DNA from: Syntrophorhabdaceae bacterium
Lineage (GTDB): Bacteria > Desulfobacterota > Syntrophorhabdia > Syntrophorhabdales > Syntrophorhabdaceae
Assembly (NCBI GenBank): GCA_963665295.1
Contig: OY762209.1
Location: 3,808,001-3,872,000 of the forward strand
Length of the DNA: 64,000 nt
Direction: 5' to 3'
Shown: one piece after another, positions 29,075 to 37,640 of the stretch
How positions within the stretch are numbered: position 1 is the stretch's first letter
Layout of the letters: each line of letters opens with the position of its first letter
The notes under the pieces: model-generated
Seen by the model: the letters and a program-made list of their open reading frames with translations, nothing else
Databases searched by the model: none
What the model was told of the DNA's origin: nothing
Translations under genes and position numbers: made by a program

Positions 29075-29103
29075 ACTATAATGGGTCTGTAGGAAAAAAT
29101 CAA
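29075..29103 (-). promoter_or_regulatory. sigma70 promoter of the ferredoxin-pyrRBC unit
   Basis: TTGATT-17-TATAGT on the minus strand, 10 nt before the GTG start. Confidence 0.55.
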
Positions 29104-29232
29104 TCAAGAAACTTATGAGGGCGTAAAAGGGCGGTGAACGAAACGGGGATGTTTGTAGTTTACAACGAGCGGCCATTCCTGATATGATGATTGCGGGAAG
29201 GTGGATTGCGTTTTGATGTGCGGATCACTGTC

Positions 29233-29718
29233 ATGATAATACTGGGTATCGACCCGGGTCTTGCAAGCACAGGTTTCGGGGTGATATCCTGTGAGGGCCT
29301 GACCCCGAGCCTCCTGAAATGCGGTTATATCAAAACATCCAAGACCGACGAGATGTCCCGGAGGCTTTTCCACATCTATTCCGACATAAGCCACTTACTG
29401 GAGACCATGACGCCCGATCTCGTGGCAGTGGAGAACATATTTTCTCTGGTGAGATATCCGAGGGCCGGCATAATATTGGGAGGAGTGATAGGCATTATCT
29501 ACCTCTCCGTATTCCAGAACAATATCTCCATGAAGGAGATTTCCCCGAAGGAGGTAAAGAACGCACTTGTCGGAAGCGGCAGCGCTGATAAGGAACAGGT
29601 CAGGCGGACTGTCCAGGCGATGCTCAAAATGGAGGGAAAGACTTCCTTTCATGCAGCCGACGCGCTCGCAGTAGCGCTCACCGCATTCTATAGAAACGGC
29701 CCCGGGGGATATCTATGA
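29233..29718 (+). CDS. ruvC: Holliday junction resolvase
   Basis: ILGIDPG, VAVE, VK....G.G.A.K.QV, ADALAVA. Confidence 0.93.
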   Translation: MIILGIDPGLASTGFGVISCEGLTPSLLKCGYIKTSKTDEMSRRLFHIYSDISHLLETMTPDLVAVENIFSLVRYPRAGIILGGVIGIIYLSVFQNNISMKEISPKEVKNALVGSGSADKEQVRRTVQAMLKMEGKTSFHAADALAVALTAFYRNGPGGYL

Positions 29719-30329
29719 TTTCTTATCTTGAAGGAAAACTCAAAGGCATTTACGAGGACAGGCTTACACTGCTGGTGAACGGCATAGGTTACGAGGTGTT
29801 GATCCCTGCCTATGTAATGCACGAGATCAGAAGCACGAACAAACCGGATAGTCCGTTGAGCCTTTATATTTCCTTCAACCAGACGGAGCGGCAGCCCAAG
29901 CCCATCCTGGTGGGTTTCAAGACGGAACTGGACAAGGAATTCTTTGAACTCTTTATTTCTGTGGAGGATATAGGGCCCTCCGCCGCGATAAAGGCTCTGG
30001 TGAGGTCGGCAAGAGATATAGCCCACTGGATTGAGGAGAAGGACATAAAGGCGCTACGGCAGCTTAAAGGTATCGGCGAGCGGAAGGCGGAGAAGATTGT
30101 GGCGACTTTGAGGGGCAAGGCTGCAAAGTACGCGCTCATACCGGAAGTGGAGTTGCCCGCGGGAGAGGCCGAGGATTTCCGGAAGGAAGTGGAGTACGTG
30201 ATGATCACCCAGTTGGGACACAAAGTTATCGAGGCGCGCAAGATGATCGACGAGGCCATGAAGCGGAATCCGGGCATCGCGTCGTCGGAACAATTATTTG
30301 AAGAGGTATACAGAGGTCAGAAGAAATGA
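29715..30329 (+). CDS. ruvA: Holliday junction DNA-binding subunit
   Basis: [31 protein letters not shown]. Confidence 0.92.
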   Translation: MISYLEGKLKGIYEDRLTLLVNGIGYEVLIPAYVMHEIRSTNKPDSPLSLYISFNQTERQPKPILVGFKTELDKEFFELFISVEDIGPSAAIKALVRSARDIAHWIEEKDIKALRQLKGIGERKAEKIVATLRGKAAKYALIPEVELPAGEAEDFRKEVEYVMITQLGHKVIEARKMIDEAMKRNPGIASSEQLFEEVYRGQKK

Positions 30330-31372
30330 TCAACGAGGAGATCAACACCCTATCCAAGCAGATGGCGGAAGAGCAGACGCTCGATGAGGAGAACAATGTC
30401 AGTCTCAGGCCCGGTATGCTCTCTGAATATGTGGGTCAGGACAACGTGGTGGAAACCCTCAAGATAGCGATCCAGGCAGCTTTGCAGAGGAAGGAGCCCC
30501 TTGAGCACATCCTCTTTAATGGACCGCCCGGTCTCGGAAAAACGACGCTGGCCCATATTATTGCCAATGAGATGGGCACACGCATCATAACGTCGTCAGG
30601 ACCCGCCCTCGAAAAGGGCGGCGACCTCATGGGGCTTCTCACCCATATGGAAAAGGGGGATGTTTTCTTTATCGACGAGATTCACAGGATGCCGAAAGTG
30701 GTGGAAGAGTTTCTCTACCCTGCAATGGAAGACTTTGCGGTAGATTTCATATTCGATAAGGGGGTGCATGCAAGGACCCACAGATACCGGCTTGAACATT
30801 TCACTCTTATCGGCGCCACCACAAGGTCGGGACTTCTTTCGTCGCCCCTCAGGGAGCGGTTCGGCATCACAAGGGACCTCGACTTTTACACCGAGGCCGA
30901 CCTTATGAGAATTATCAAACGGTCCGCCGTCATATTGAATGTACCCATAGACGATAAGGGTGCGTACGAGACGGCGAGAAGGGCAAGGGGCACGCCCCGT
31001 GTGGCCAACAGGTTGCTGAAAAGGGTGAGGGACTACGCGCAGGTGCGCTCGGATGGTCGGATTACAGGCAAGACCGCGGTGGAGGCCCTGTCGCTTGAAG
31101 GCATCGATGAGTCCGGACTGGGCGAAATAGACCGTAAACTCCTGAACACCGTGATTATAAATTATAAGGGCGGCCCCGTGGGCATAGAAGCCCTCGCTGC
31201 CACCCTTCAACTCGAATCGGATGTGCTTTTGGAAGTGGTCGAACCATACCTTCTAAAAACAGGGTTCATTATCAGGACCTCCCAGGGGAGGCGGGCTTCG
31301 GAGAAGGCCTTTATCCATCTCAAGATTCCGTATAAAGGCGCGCCCGATGCCCCGGGCCTGTTCGACAGATAG
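30326..31372 (+). CDS. ruvB: Holliday junction helicase
   Basis: [30 protein letters not shown]. Confidence 0.96.
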   Translation: MINEEINTLSKQMAEEQTLDEENNVSLRPGMLSEYVGQDNVVETLKIAIQAALQRKEPLEHILFNGPPGLGKTTLAHIIANEMGTRIITSSGPALEKGGDLMGLLTHMEKGDVFFIDEIHRMPKVVEEFLYPAMEDFAVDFIFDKGVHARTHRYRLEHFTLIGATTRSGLLSSPLRERFGITRDLDFYTEADLMRIIKRSAVILNVPIDDKGAYETARRARGTPRVANRLLKRVRDYAQVRSDGRITGKTAVEALSLEGIDESGLGEIDRKLLNTVIINYKGGPVGIEALAATLQLESDVLLEVVEPYLLKTGFIIRTSQGRRASEKAFIHLKIPYKGAPDAPGLFDR

Positions 31373-31381
31373 AGTATTTCC

Positions 31382-32869
31382 TTACTTCTTTTCCTGTCCG
31401 AACTTGGCCATGAGGAGTTCGCCGAGACTGCCAAGTCCTCCGATGGACATTTCCTGTTTCTTCACTTTATCTTTATACTGGTTATATTCATCCTGAGCCA
31501 CCTTTTCTTCCACGCCGCTCCGGCTGAACGTTACTTTGCCCTTGGCCTCATCGATGGCGGTAACTACGATTTCCATGGAAGTTCCTTCGGGAAACATGCG
31601 GCTGTGGTTTGTCCCGCGAGGCGTTCCCATCTCGGAATTAGGGATGAAACCCTTTACGCCGTTCTCCGTCTTAAGGAAGAGCCCGTACGGCATCACTCTC
31701 TCGACTGTGCCCTGGAGGATCTCGCCTATGGCGGGAAGGGGTATTCTCTCTTTCTCTACTTTCTGTTCCAGTGACAGGGAAATCTTCTTCTTGGCGACAT
31801 CGACTTCCAGGATAAAGACCTCAACTGTCTGACCTGCATCCACAACCTCTTTCGGATGTTTGATCCTTCTTCCTGCAGCCAGCTTGGAGACGTGAATGAG
31901 TCCATCAATGCCCGGCTCCAGCGACACAAAGGCGCCGAAGGGAGCAAGTCTCACGATTTTTCCCATAACCGCCATGTCGGGTTTGTACTTATCCGCAACG
32001 GTCGTCCACGGATCGGGTTGCATGGCCTTGAGGCTAAGGGTAAGGCGGTCTTTGTCCCAGTCGAGCCCGATGATCTTGGCAGTTACTTCGACGCCCACGG
32101 AAAGTATATTCTCCGGCTTCTCCGACCTGTCCCACGCGAGTTCGCTCATAGGAATAAGGCCATCGATTCCGCCAAGGTCCACGAAGACGCCGAAACTCTG
32201 AATCGAGCGGACCTTCGCCTTGACTTCCATGCCCACCTCAAGACTCTTCTTGAGTGCATCAACCTGTTCCTGTCTTGCTTCCTCGAGCAGAGCGCGCCTG
32301 GAAAGGATAATGTTGCGTCCCTCCTCTTCGTACTCAAGGACGCGGAAGGCAAACGTTTCGCCGATGTAAGGGCTCGTGTCGCGGCTTCCTCTGAGGTCGA
32401 TCTGTGAAAAAGGACAGAAACACCGTACCTTACCCACGTAAACCTCAAAGCCGCCCTTGAGTTCGCCCGTTACCTTACCGTTTACAGGCAGGTTTGCCTC
32501 ATGGGCATCGCGTATACCCTGCAGGTCGATCGTCGAAAGGCCCCGGACGAGGGTCGTCAATTTCTTCATCCCGTTTTGCACGGCAACAAAATAGACTTCC
32601 AGTTCATCACCGGCTTTTATATTGTAGTGGGAGTTCTCATCCATGAACTCACTGATATCTACAACGCCTTCACTTTTGCCTCCCAGGTCTACATAAACGA
32701 AATCGCCTGAAATGCTTACCACGCTGCACTTTATCTTCTGACCGGGGTCAAGCCTCTTGGAAAGGGCGCCGCTCTTTTCGAACAGCTCCGCGAATTGTTC
32801 CTCTTTCTCGGCTTCTTCGTTTCTGATATCGGTGGCCCCATCACCGTTTTCAATATTTACCTCAGACAT
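31382..32869 (-). CDS. rpsA: Ribosomal protein S1-like protein with five S1 domains
   Basis: Repeated S1 motifs (FGVFVDLGGIDGLI, FGAFVSLEPGIDGLIH, YGLF); C-terminal GSLGELL; may be a paralog. Confidence 0.8.
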   Translation of the reverse strand: MSEVNIENGDGATDIRNEEAEKEEQFAELFEKSGALSKRLDPGQKIKCSVVSISGDFVYVDLGGKSEGVVDISEFMDENSHYNIKAGDELEVYFVAVQNGMKKLTTLVRGLSTIDLQGIRDAHEANLPVNGKVTGELKGGFEVYVGKVRCFCPFSQIDLRGSRDTSPYIGETFAFRVLEYEEEGRNIILSRRALLEEARQEQVDALKKSLEVGMEVKAKVRSIQSFGVFVDLGGIDGLIPMSELAWDRSEKPENILSVGVEVTAKIIGLDWDKDRLTLSLKAMQPDPWTTVADKYKPDMAVMGKIVRLAPFGAFVSLEPGIDGLIHVSKLAAGRRIKHPKEVVDAGQTVEVFILEVDVAKKKISLSLEQKVEKERIPLPAIGEILQGTVERVMPYGLFLKTENGVKGFIPNSEMGTPRGTNHSRMFPEGTSMEIVVTAIDEAKGKVTFSRSGVEEKVAQDEYNQYKDKVKKQEMSIGGLGSLGELLMAKFGQEKK

Positions 32870-33063
32870 AGCTCCTCACCTCATTAAGTAACCCTGCTAT
32901 CAGATCATTTTGTATAGTTAAGAGATCAACGAACTGTATGGCATGGTCGGTATGTTTTGCTCTCGCTCTATAATGTACAATTTCTTTCTCTCTATGTCCA
33001 GTAAAGTCTTCTGATATGCGTCGGTTATGACCCGGAGAATGTGCCTTTCCGTCCGTGCCCGTC

Positions 33064-33116
33064 GTCATTTCCGTGTCATTTCGATGTTTGACAATCCTGA
33101 AATGACGGCATATATT
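33064..33116 (+). promoter_or_regulatory. sigma70 promoter of the FKBP gene with three GTCATTTC boxes
   Basis: TTGACA(33088)-17-TATATT(33111); GTCATTTC at 33064 and 33075, inverted GAAATGAC at 33099. Confidence 0.55.
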
Positions 33117-33210
33117 ATCCTTTGTATAGACGTCGGCCTTCGTGACGGTCTGTATGCCGAAATAAAACGGCCCCCGGGAAGGGCGCATAATAATCCGGAA
33201 AGGAGAGTTC

Positions 33211-33900
33211 ATGAGATTAAAACTGGTAGTGATTTTGGCTGTTCTGTTGTTGGCGGGTCAGGTAATGGCGCAGGGGCAGACGACTTTGAAGACCCCTAAA
33301 GAGAAATTGAGTTACTCCATAGGCATGGATATAGGTACGACCATCAAGAGACAACAGATAGATACGGACAGCACCCTCCTTCTTCAGGGCATAAAAGACG
33401 CCCTGACGGGGAGCAAACCCTTGCTCACGGATCAGGAGATCAGGGAAACCATGACCAATTTTCAAAAAGAGATGGTGGCGAAACAAACTGAGCGGATGAA
33501 GAAGCTTGGGGAGAGCAACAAGAAAGACGGTGAGACCTTTCTCGCGGAGAACAAGAAAAAACCCGGCGTAGTCACCCTGCCTGACGGGCTTCAATATAAA
33601 GTGATCAAAGAGGGAACAGGCAAGGTGCCGAAGGCTACGGATACGGTTACGGTCAATTACCGTGGAACCCTTGTTGACGGAACGGAGTTCGACAGTTCTT
33701 TCAAACGTGGAGAGCCTGCGAGTTTCCCCGTGAACGGCGTCATCCCCGGCTGGACCGAAGCATTGCAGAAGATGAAGACGGGATCCAAGTGGCAGTTGGT
33801 CGTTCCTTCGAACCTTGCTTATGGCGAGAGGGGCGCGGGGAATGTAATAGGCCCCAACGCCGTACTCATATTTGAGGTAGAGCTTCTTTCCATTAAATAG
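33211..33900 (+). CDS. FKBP-type peptidyl-prolyl isomerase (Mip/FklB/FkpA-like), secreted
   Basis: Signal peptide, SYSIG, GLQYKV, YRGTL.DGTEFDSS, VIPGWTEAL, LAYGERG. Confidence 0.93.
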   Translation: MRLKLVVILAVLLLAGQVMAQGQTTLKTPKEKLSYSIGMDIGTTIKRQQIDTDSTLLLQGIKDALTGSKPLLTDQEIRETMTNFQKEMVAKQTERMKKLGESNKKDGETFLAENKKKPGVVTLPDGLQYKVIKEGTGKVPKATDTVTVNYRGTLVDGTEFDSSFKRGEPASFPVNGVIPGWTEALQKMKTGSKWQLVVPSNLAYGERGAGNVIGPNAVLIFEVELLSIK

Positions 33901-33916
33901 AAAGGACCTGTAAGGC

Positions 33917-33951
33917 CGCCCCCTTGAGCCGCCGGCGAGGGGGCGCTTCTC
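33917..33951 (+). terminator. Putative terminator hairpin after the FKBP gene
   Basis: CGCCCCCTTG/CGAGGGGGCG stem followed by CTTCTC (weak U tract). Confidence 0.45.
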
Positions 33952-34202
33952 ATATTCCACCGCGCGGGAATTCCAATGCCTGCGCACCTCGTATGGCCGA
34001 ATGCCATGCCATCTATCCCCTGAACTTAATAAAAGCCTACTTCCGCCTTGACATCGCGAAGGACGGGAACTACCTTCTATCTAGCCTGATCCGGTCCCGA
34101 TAGCATGTCTTCCCTGTCGGGCGCGAAGGTTCCGGAGTAGAACGGCGCGCGCGGCGGAAACGGTCCGGGGGTTATGTGAAACCAGTGTGAGGAGGAGAGA
34201 CT

Positions 34203-34391
34203 ATGAGAGTACGAGTGGACGAGGATGCATGTGTGGGAGACGGCACGTGTGTGGAGATATGCCCGGAGGTCTTTGAGATGGAGGGCGACCTCGCGATAGT
34301 GAAGATGGACAAGGTTCCCGAGGAACTGGAAGACACGGTGAGGGAGGCGGCCGACGGTTGTCCTGTGGAGGCTATCGTCATCGACGAGTAA
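34203..34391 (+). CDS. Single-cluster ferredoxin (CxxDxxC...CP)
   Basis: CVGDGTC..ICP...GCPVEAI; GAGGAGG RBS; TTGACA-17-TACCTT promoter at 34048-34076. Confidence 0.9.
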   Translation: MRVRVDEDACVGDGTCVEICPEVFEMEGDLAIVKMDKVPEELEDTVREAADGCPVEAIVIDE

Positions 34392-34497
34392 CTACGCGCC
34401 GTATCGCTTCAGGTCGACAGACGGGAGATATTTTCGGGCGGCACGCGGTGATATTGTTGTTTTCACAATGCCAAGGAGGCAGTTTTTGAATGGTGGC

Positions 34498-34893
34498 ATG
34501 AAAAGAGCCATAGAAGAAGCGATAATTCTGGCGGGGATGGTAGGACACGTTTTCGTGGCCACCGCAGACGACGAAGGGGTGCCCCATGTTGCAGTGGCGG
34601 GACAGTTGACTCATGCCGGAGACGGACGCGTGGCAGTGAGTGCGTGGTTTTGCCCGGCAACCCTGTCGAACCTTCAGATGAACCACCACATCGCCATTGT
34701 GGTCTGGGACAAAAGCAAAGACACGGGCTACCAGCTCTTGGGGGGCTCGGAGAGAATAGAAGGTATCGCCATGATGGATGGATACGTGCCGTCGGGGGAA
34801 GAGGTAAGGCCTATGCCCCAGGTGGAAAGGGAGATTACCATGCGGGTCACCAAGGTGACGGGTTTTACGCATGCTATCCATACCGATACATGA
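34498..34893 (+). CDS. Pyridoxamine 5'-phosphate oxidase-like (split-barrel FMN-binding) protein
   Basis: VATAD.EG.PH, T..NL..N..I, GYQL.G pattern. Confidence 0.75.
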   Translation: MKRAIEEAIILAGMVGHVFVATADDEGVPHVAVAGQLTHAGDGRVAVSAWFCPATLSNLQMNHHIAIVVWDKSKDTGYQLLGGSERIEGIAMMDGYVPSGEEVRPMPQVEREITMRVTKVTGFTHAIHTDT

Positions 34894-35062
34894 GGGCTTG
34901 TGCAGAGGACGGGAACGCCGGTCCTGATTCCGGAGGATGGTTTGCCGGACCCGCGGATACACGCCGTTTTGCCCCGTGTTTGTGAGAAAATTCCCTTGAC
35001 AAAAGAACCGGATAGATATACTTTTGTAATACTTTTTCTAAGAACAAACTATGAGGTCATAA

Positions 35063-36655
35063 GTGCTAAAGTCATTGAAACTTAGAGTTGTGCTTATTCT
35101 GGTGTTTTTGGTCATATCGGTGATTTACTGTCTGCCCAACATTATCGAGCCTCAGGGTGTGTGGAAACAGTATTTGCCTTCCGACAAGATACATCTTGGA
35201 CTGGACCTGAAAGGAGGCATGCACCTGCTCCTGGAACTCGATACCACCAAGATGATGGATAATCTTGTGGAGAGGAAATTCAACAGTTTCAAGGATGCCA
35301 TGATTCGCGACGGCATCCGCTTCCTGGCCCTTGACAAGAAGGACGGTTCAGTGTCGGTCACCATTAAAGCCGATCAGAAAGAGAAGCTGTATAATCTCGT
35401 GGGCAAGGAGTTTCCCGACCTGAAAGCGGGCGTTACCCGTACCGAGGGAGACAACTTCAGCGCCCAGTTCGTCTGGCTCGAAAAAGAGATTGCGAGCATA
35501 AAAGAGAACGCGGTGCATCAGGCACTGGAGACCATCCGTAACAGGATTGACCAGTTCGGGGTTTCCGAGCCCGTCATCGTGCAGCAGGGCGAGAACCAGA
35601 TACTTGTTCAACTCCCCGGCGTGAAGGACCCGGAGCGTGCCCTCGAGTTGATTGGAAAGACGGCACAGCTTGAGTTCAAGCTCGTAGACGAGGAGAACAG
35701 CGCAAGGGCCGCGTCAGGGACCGTTCCGGAGGGTGATGAACTGCTCACGGAGAAGAGGAGGAACCGGGAGACCGGTATCCTTACCACCACACCCATACTG
35801 GTGAAGAAGCAAGCCCTCCTCACAGGCGACCTTCTTACTAACGCCAAGGTCGGCATAGGAAGCGGGTTGGGCAGCGAGATCAGGGTGGATATCGAGTTCA
35901 ACAGCGAAGGTGCGCGACTTTTCGACAAAATAACCGGGGAGAATGTGGGAAAGAGAATAGCCATTGTCCTCGATAATACGGTTTATTCGGCCCCTGTGGT
36001 CAAAGAGCGGATCTCGGGCGGTAAGGGCCAGATAAGCGGAAGTTTCAGCATGGACGAAGCAAAAGACCTCGCGATCGTTCTCAGGGCAGGCGCCCTTCCG
36101 GCTCCGGTTAAGATTGTACAGAACATAACGATAGGGCCCACATTGGGTCAGGATTCCATCCGCAAGGGAATCCAGGCGGCGGTTCTCGGCGCGGTCCTGG
36201 TTATCATCTTTATGGTGTATTACTACAGGTATTCAGGTGTGATAGCCGATATCGCCCTTTTCCTTAATCTGATTTATCTTCTCGGCGCCTTCAGCGCCCT
36301 GAAGGCCACCATGACGCTTCCCGGTATCGCAGGGATCATCCTCACCATGGGAATTGGCGTGGACACGAATGTCATCATCTTTGAGCGTATCAGAGAGGAA
36401 TTAAGGCTGGGGAAAACTGTCCGGGCTGCCGTGGATGGGGGTTATTCAAAGGCATGGCTGACAATCTTTGATGCCCATATCACAACCCTCATCACCACGT
36501 TTATCCTGTTTATCTTTGGGACCGGCCCCATCAAAGGGTTTGCGGTAACGTTGAGCGTAGGCATAATTATCAATCTCTTTACCGCAGTCTTCGGATCAAA
36601 GGTAATCTTCGACTGGATAGTGGCAAAATATAAACCAAGGAGCTTAAGCATCTGA
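35063..36655 (+). CDS. secD: Protein translocase subunit SecD
   Basis: LGLDLKGG, RIDQFGVSEP, LRAGALPA, TLPGIAG, FERIREE. Confidence 0.96.
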   Translation: MLKSLKLRVVLILVFLVISVIYCLPNIIEPQGVWKQYLPSDKIHLGLDLKGGMHLLLELDTTKMMDNLVERKFNSFKDAMIRDGIRFLALDKKDGSVSVTIKADQKEKLYNLVGKEFPDLKAGVTRTEGDNFSAQFVWLEKEIASIKENAVHQALETIRNRIDQFGVSEPVIVQQGENQILVQLPGVKDPERALELIGKTAQLEFKLVDEENSARAASGTVPEGDELLTEKRRNRETGILTTTPILVKKQALLTGDLLTNAKVGIGSGLGSEIRVDIEFNSEGARLFDKITGENVGKRIAIVLDNTVYSAPVVKERISGGKGQISGSFSMDEAKDLAIVLRAGALPAPVKIVQNITIGPTLGQDSIRKGIQAAVLGAVLVIIFMVYYYRYSGVIADIALFLNLIYLLGAFSALKATMTLPGIAGIILTMGIGVDTNVIIFERIREELRLGKTVRAAVDGGYSKAWLTIFDAHITTLITTFILFIFGTGPIKGFAVTLSVGIIINLFTAVFGSKVIFDWIVAKYKPRSLSI

Positions 36656-37563
36656 TGGAATTCAGAGAGATTATAAAGAAGTCGAATCTAGATTTTATCG
36701 GTATGAGAAACAAGACGTTTATCCTGTCGGGCGTTCTCATATTACTGGGCCTCGTTGCCTTTGTGATGGTATCCATGGGCAAGGCCAACATGAGCGTAGA
36801 TTTCACAGGGGGAACCAATCTTCAGATTAAGTTTTCGACTCCTGTGGCAATAGGCGAGCTGCGCGACGCGTTGCTGGCCGGCGGGTTAAGTGATGTACAG
36901 ATACAGGAAGTGAGCGGGACAAGCGAGTTCCTGATAAAGACGAAGAAGACGGACACGGAAAAGGAAAAGGTGCAGGATATCGTGGGGCGCATTGTCTCCA
37001 CAGGCCTCCAGGGGAAAAAATACGAGATTCGAGGCAGTAACATGGTGGGCTCCTCCGTGGGACAGACCTTGAAGAAGAACGCCATTATCGCGATCGTGGT
37101 TTCTCTGGTGGGCATAGTTATCTATATTGCCTGGAGGTTCACCTTCATTTTCGGTATCGCCGCGGCTATCGCCACTTTTCACGACGTCATTGCCATGCTC
37201 GGCATATTTTGGGCGTTAAACGAGGAGATGAACATCCTCTTTATCACGGCGCTTCTCACCATCGCAGGATACTCTCTTACGGACACGGTTGTGGTGTTTG
37301 ACCGGATTCGCGAGAATATGGCGAAAATGAAATCCAAATCAGATCTCGGGACGGTAATCAACACCAGCATTAATGAAGTTTTGAGCAGGACTCTTATAAC
37401 CTCACTTACCGTGCTTCTGGTTCTGGCAGCCCTGCTTTTCATCGGGGGCAAAGTGCTTTTTGAATTCTCCCTGGCCCTGTTCATCGGGGTTATTGTAGGT
37501 ACATACTCGTCTATATTCGTAGCAAGCCCCCTCATCTTTCTATGGAGAAAGCGGGTGCGCTGA
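36655..37563 (+). CDS. secF: Protein translocase subunit SecF
   Basis: DFTGG, HDV, GYSLTDTVVVFDRIRE, GTYSSIFVASP. Confidence 0.96.
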   Translation: MEFREIIKKSNLDFIGMRNKTFILSGVLILLGLVAFVMVSMGKANMSVDFTGGTNLQIKFSTPVAIGELRDALLAGGLSDVQIQEVSGTSEFLIKTKKTDTEKEKVQDIVGRIVSTGLQGKKYEIRGSNMVGSSVGQTLKKNAIIAIVVSLVGIVIYIAWRFTFIFGIAAAIATFHDVIAMLGIFWALNEEMNILFITALLTIAGYSLTDTVVVFDRIRENMAKMKSKSDLGTVINTSINEVLSRTLITSLTVLLVLAALLFIGGKVLFEFSLALFIGVIVGTYSSIFVASPLIFLWRKRVR

Positions 37564-37640
37564 GCCCCTGAAACGGGCACACTCCCTCATAGGGTACTCC
37601 ACCGTCCTTAAGTAATGTCAAATGTCCGGCTGGGTGTGCG

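Noticed and set aside
32862..33299. 116-aa and 90-aa ORFs in the S1-FKBP intergenic region
   Set aside because: They cross promoter and operator elements and adjacent starts and show no recognisable features.
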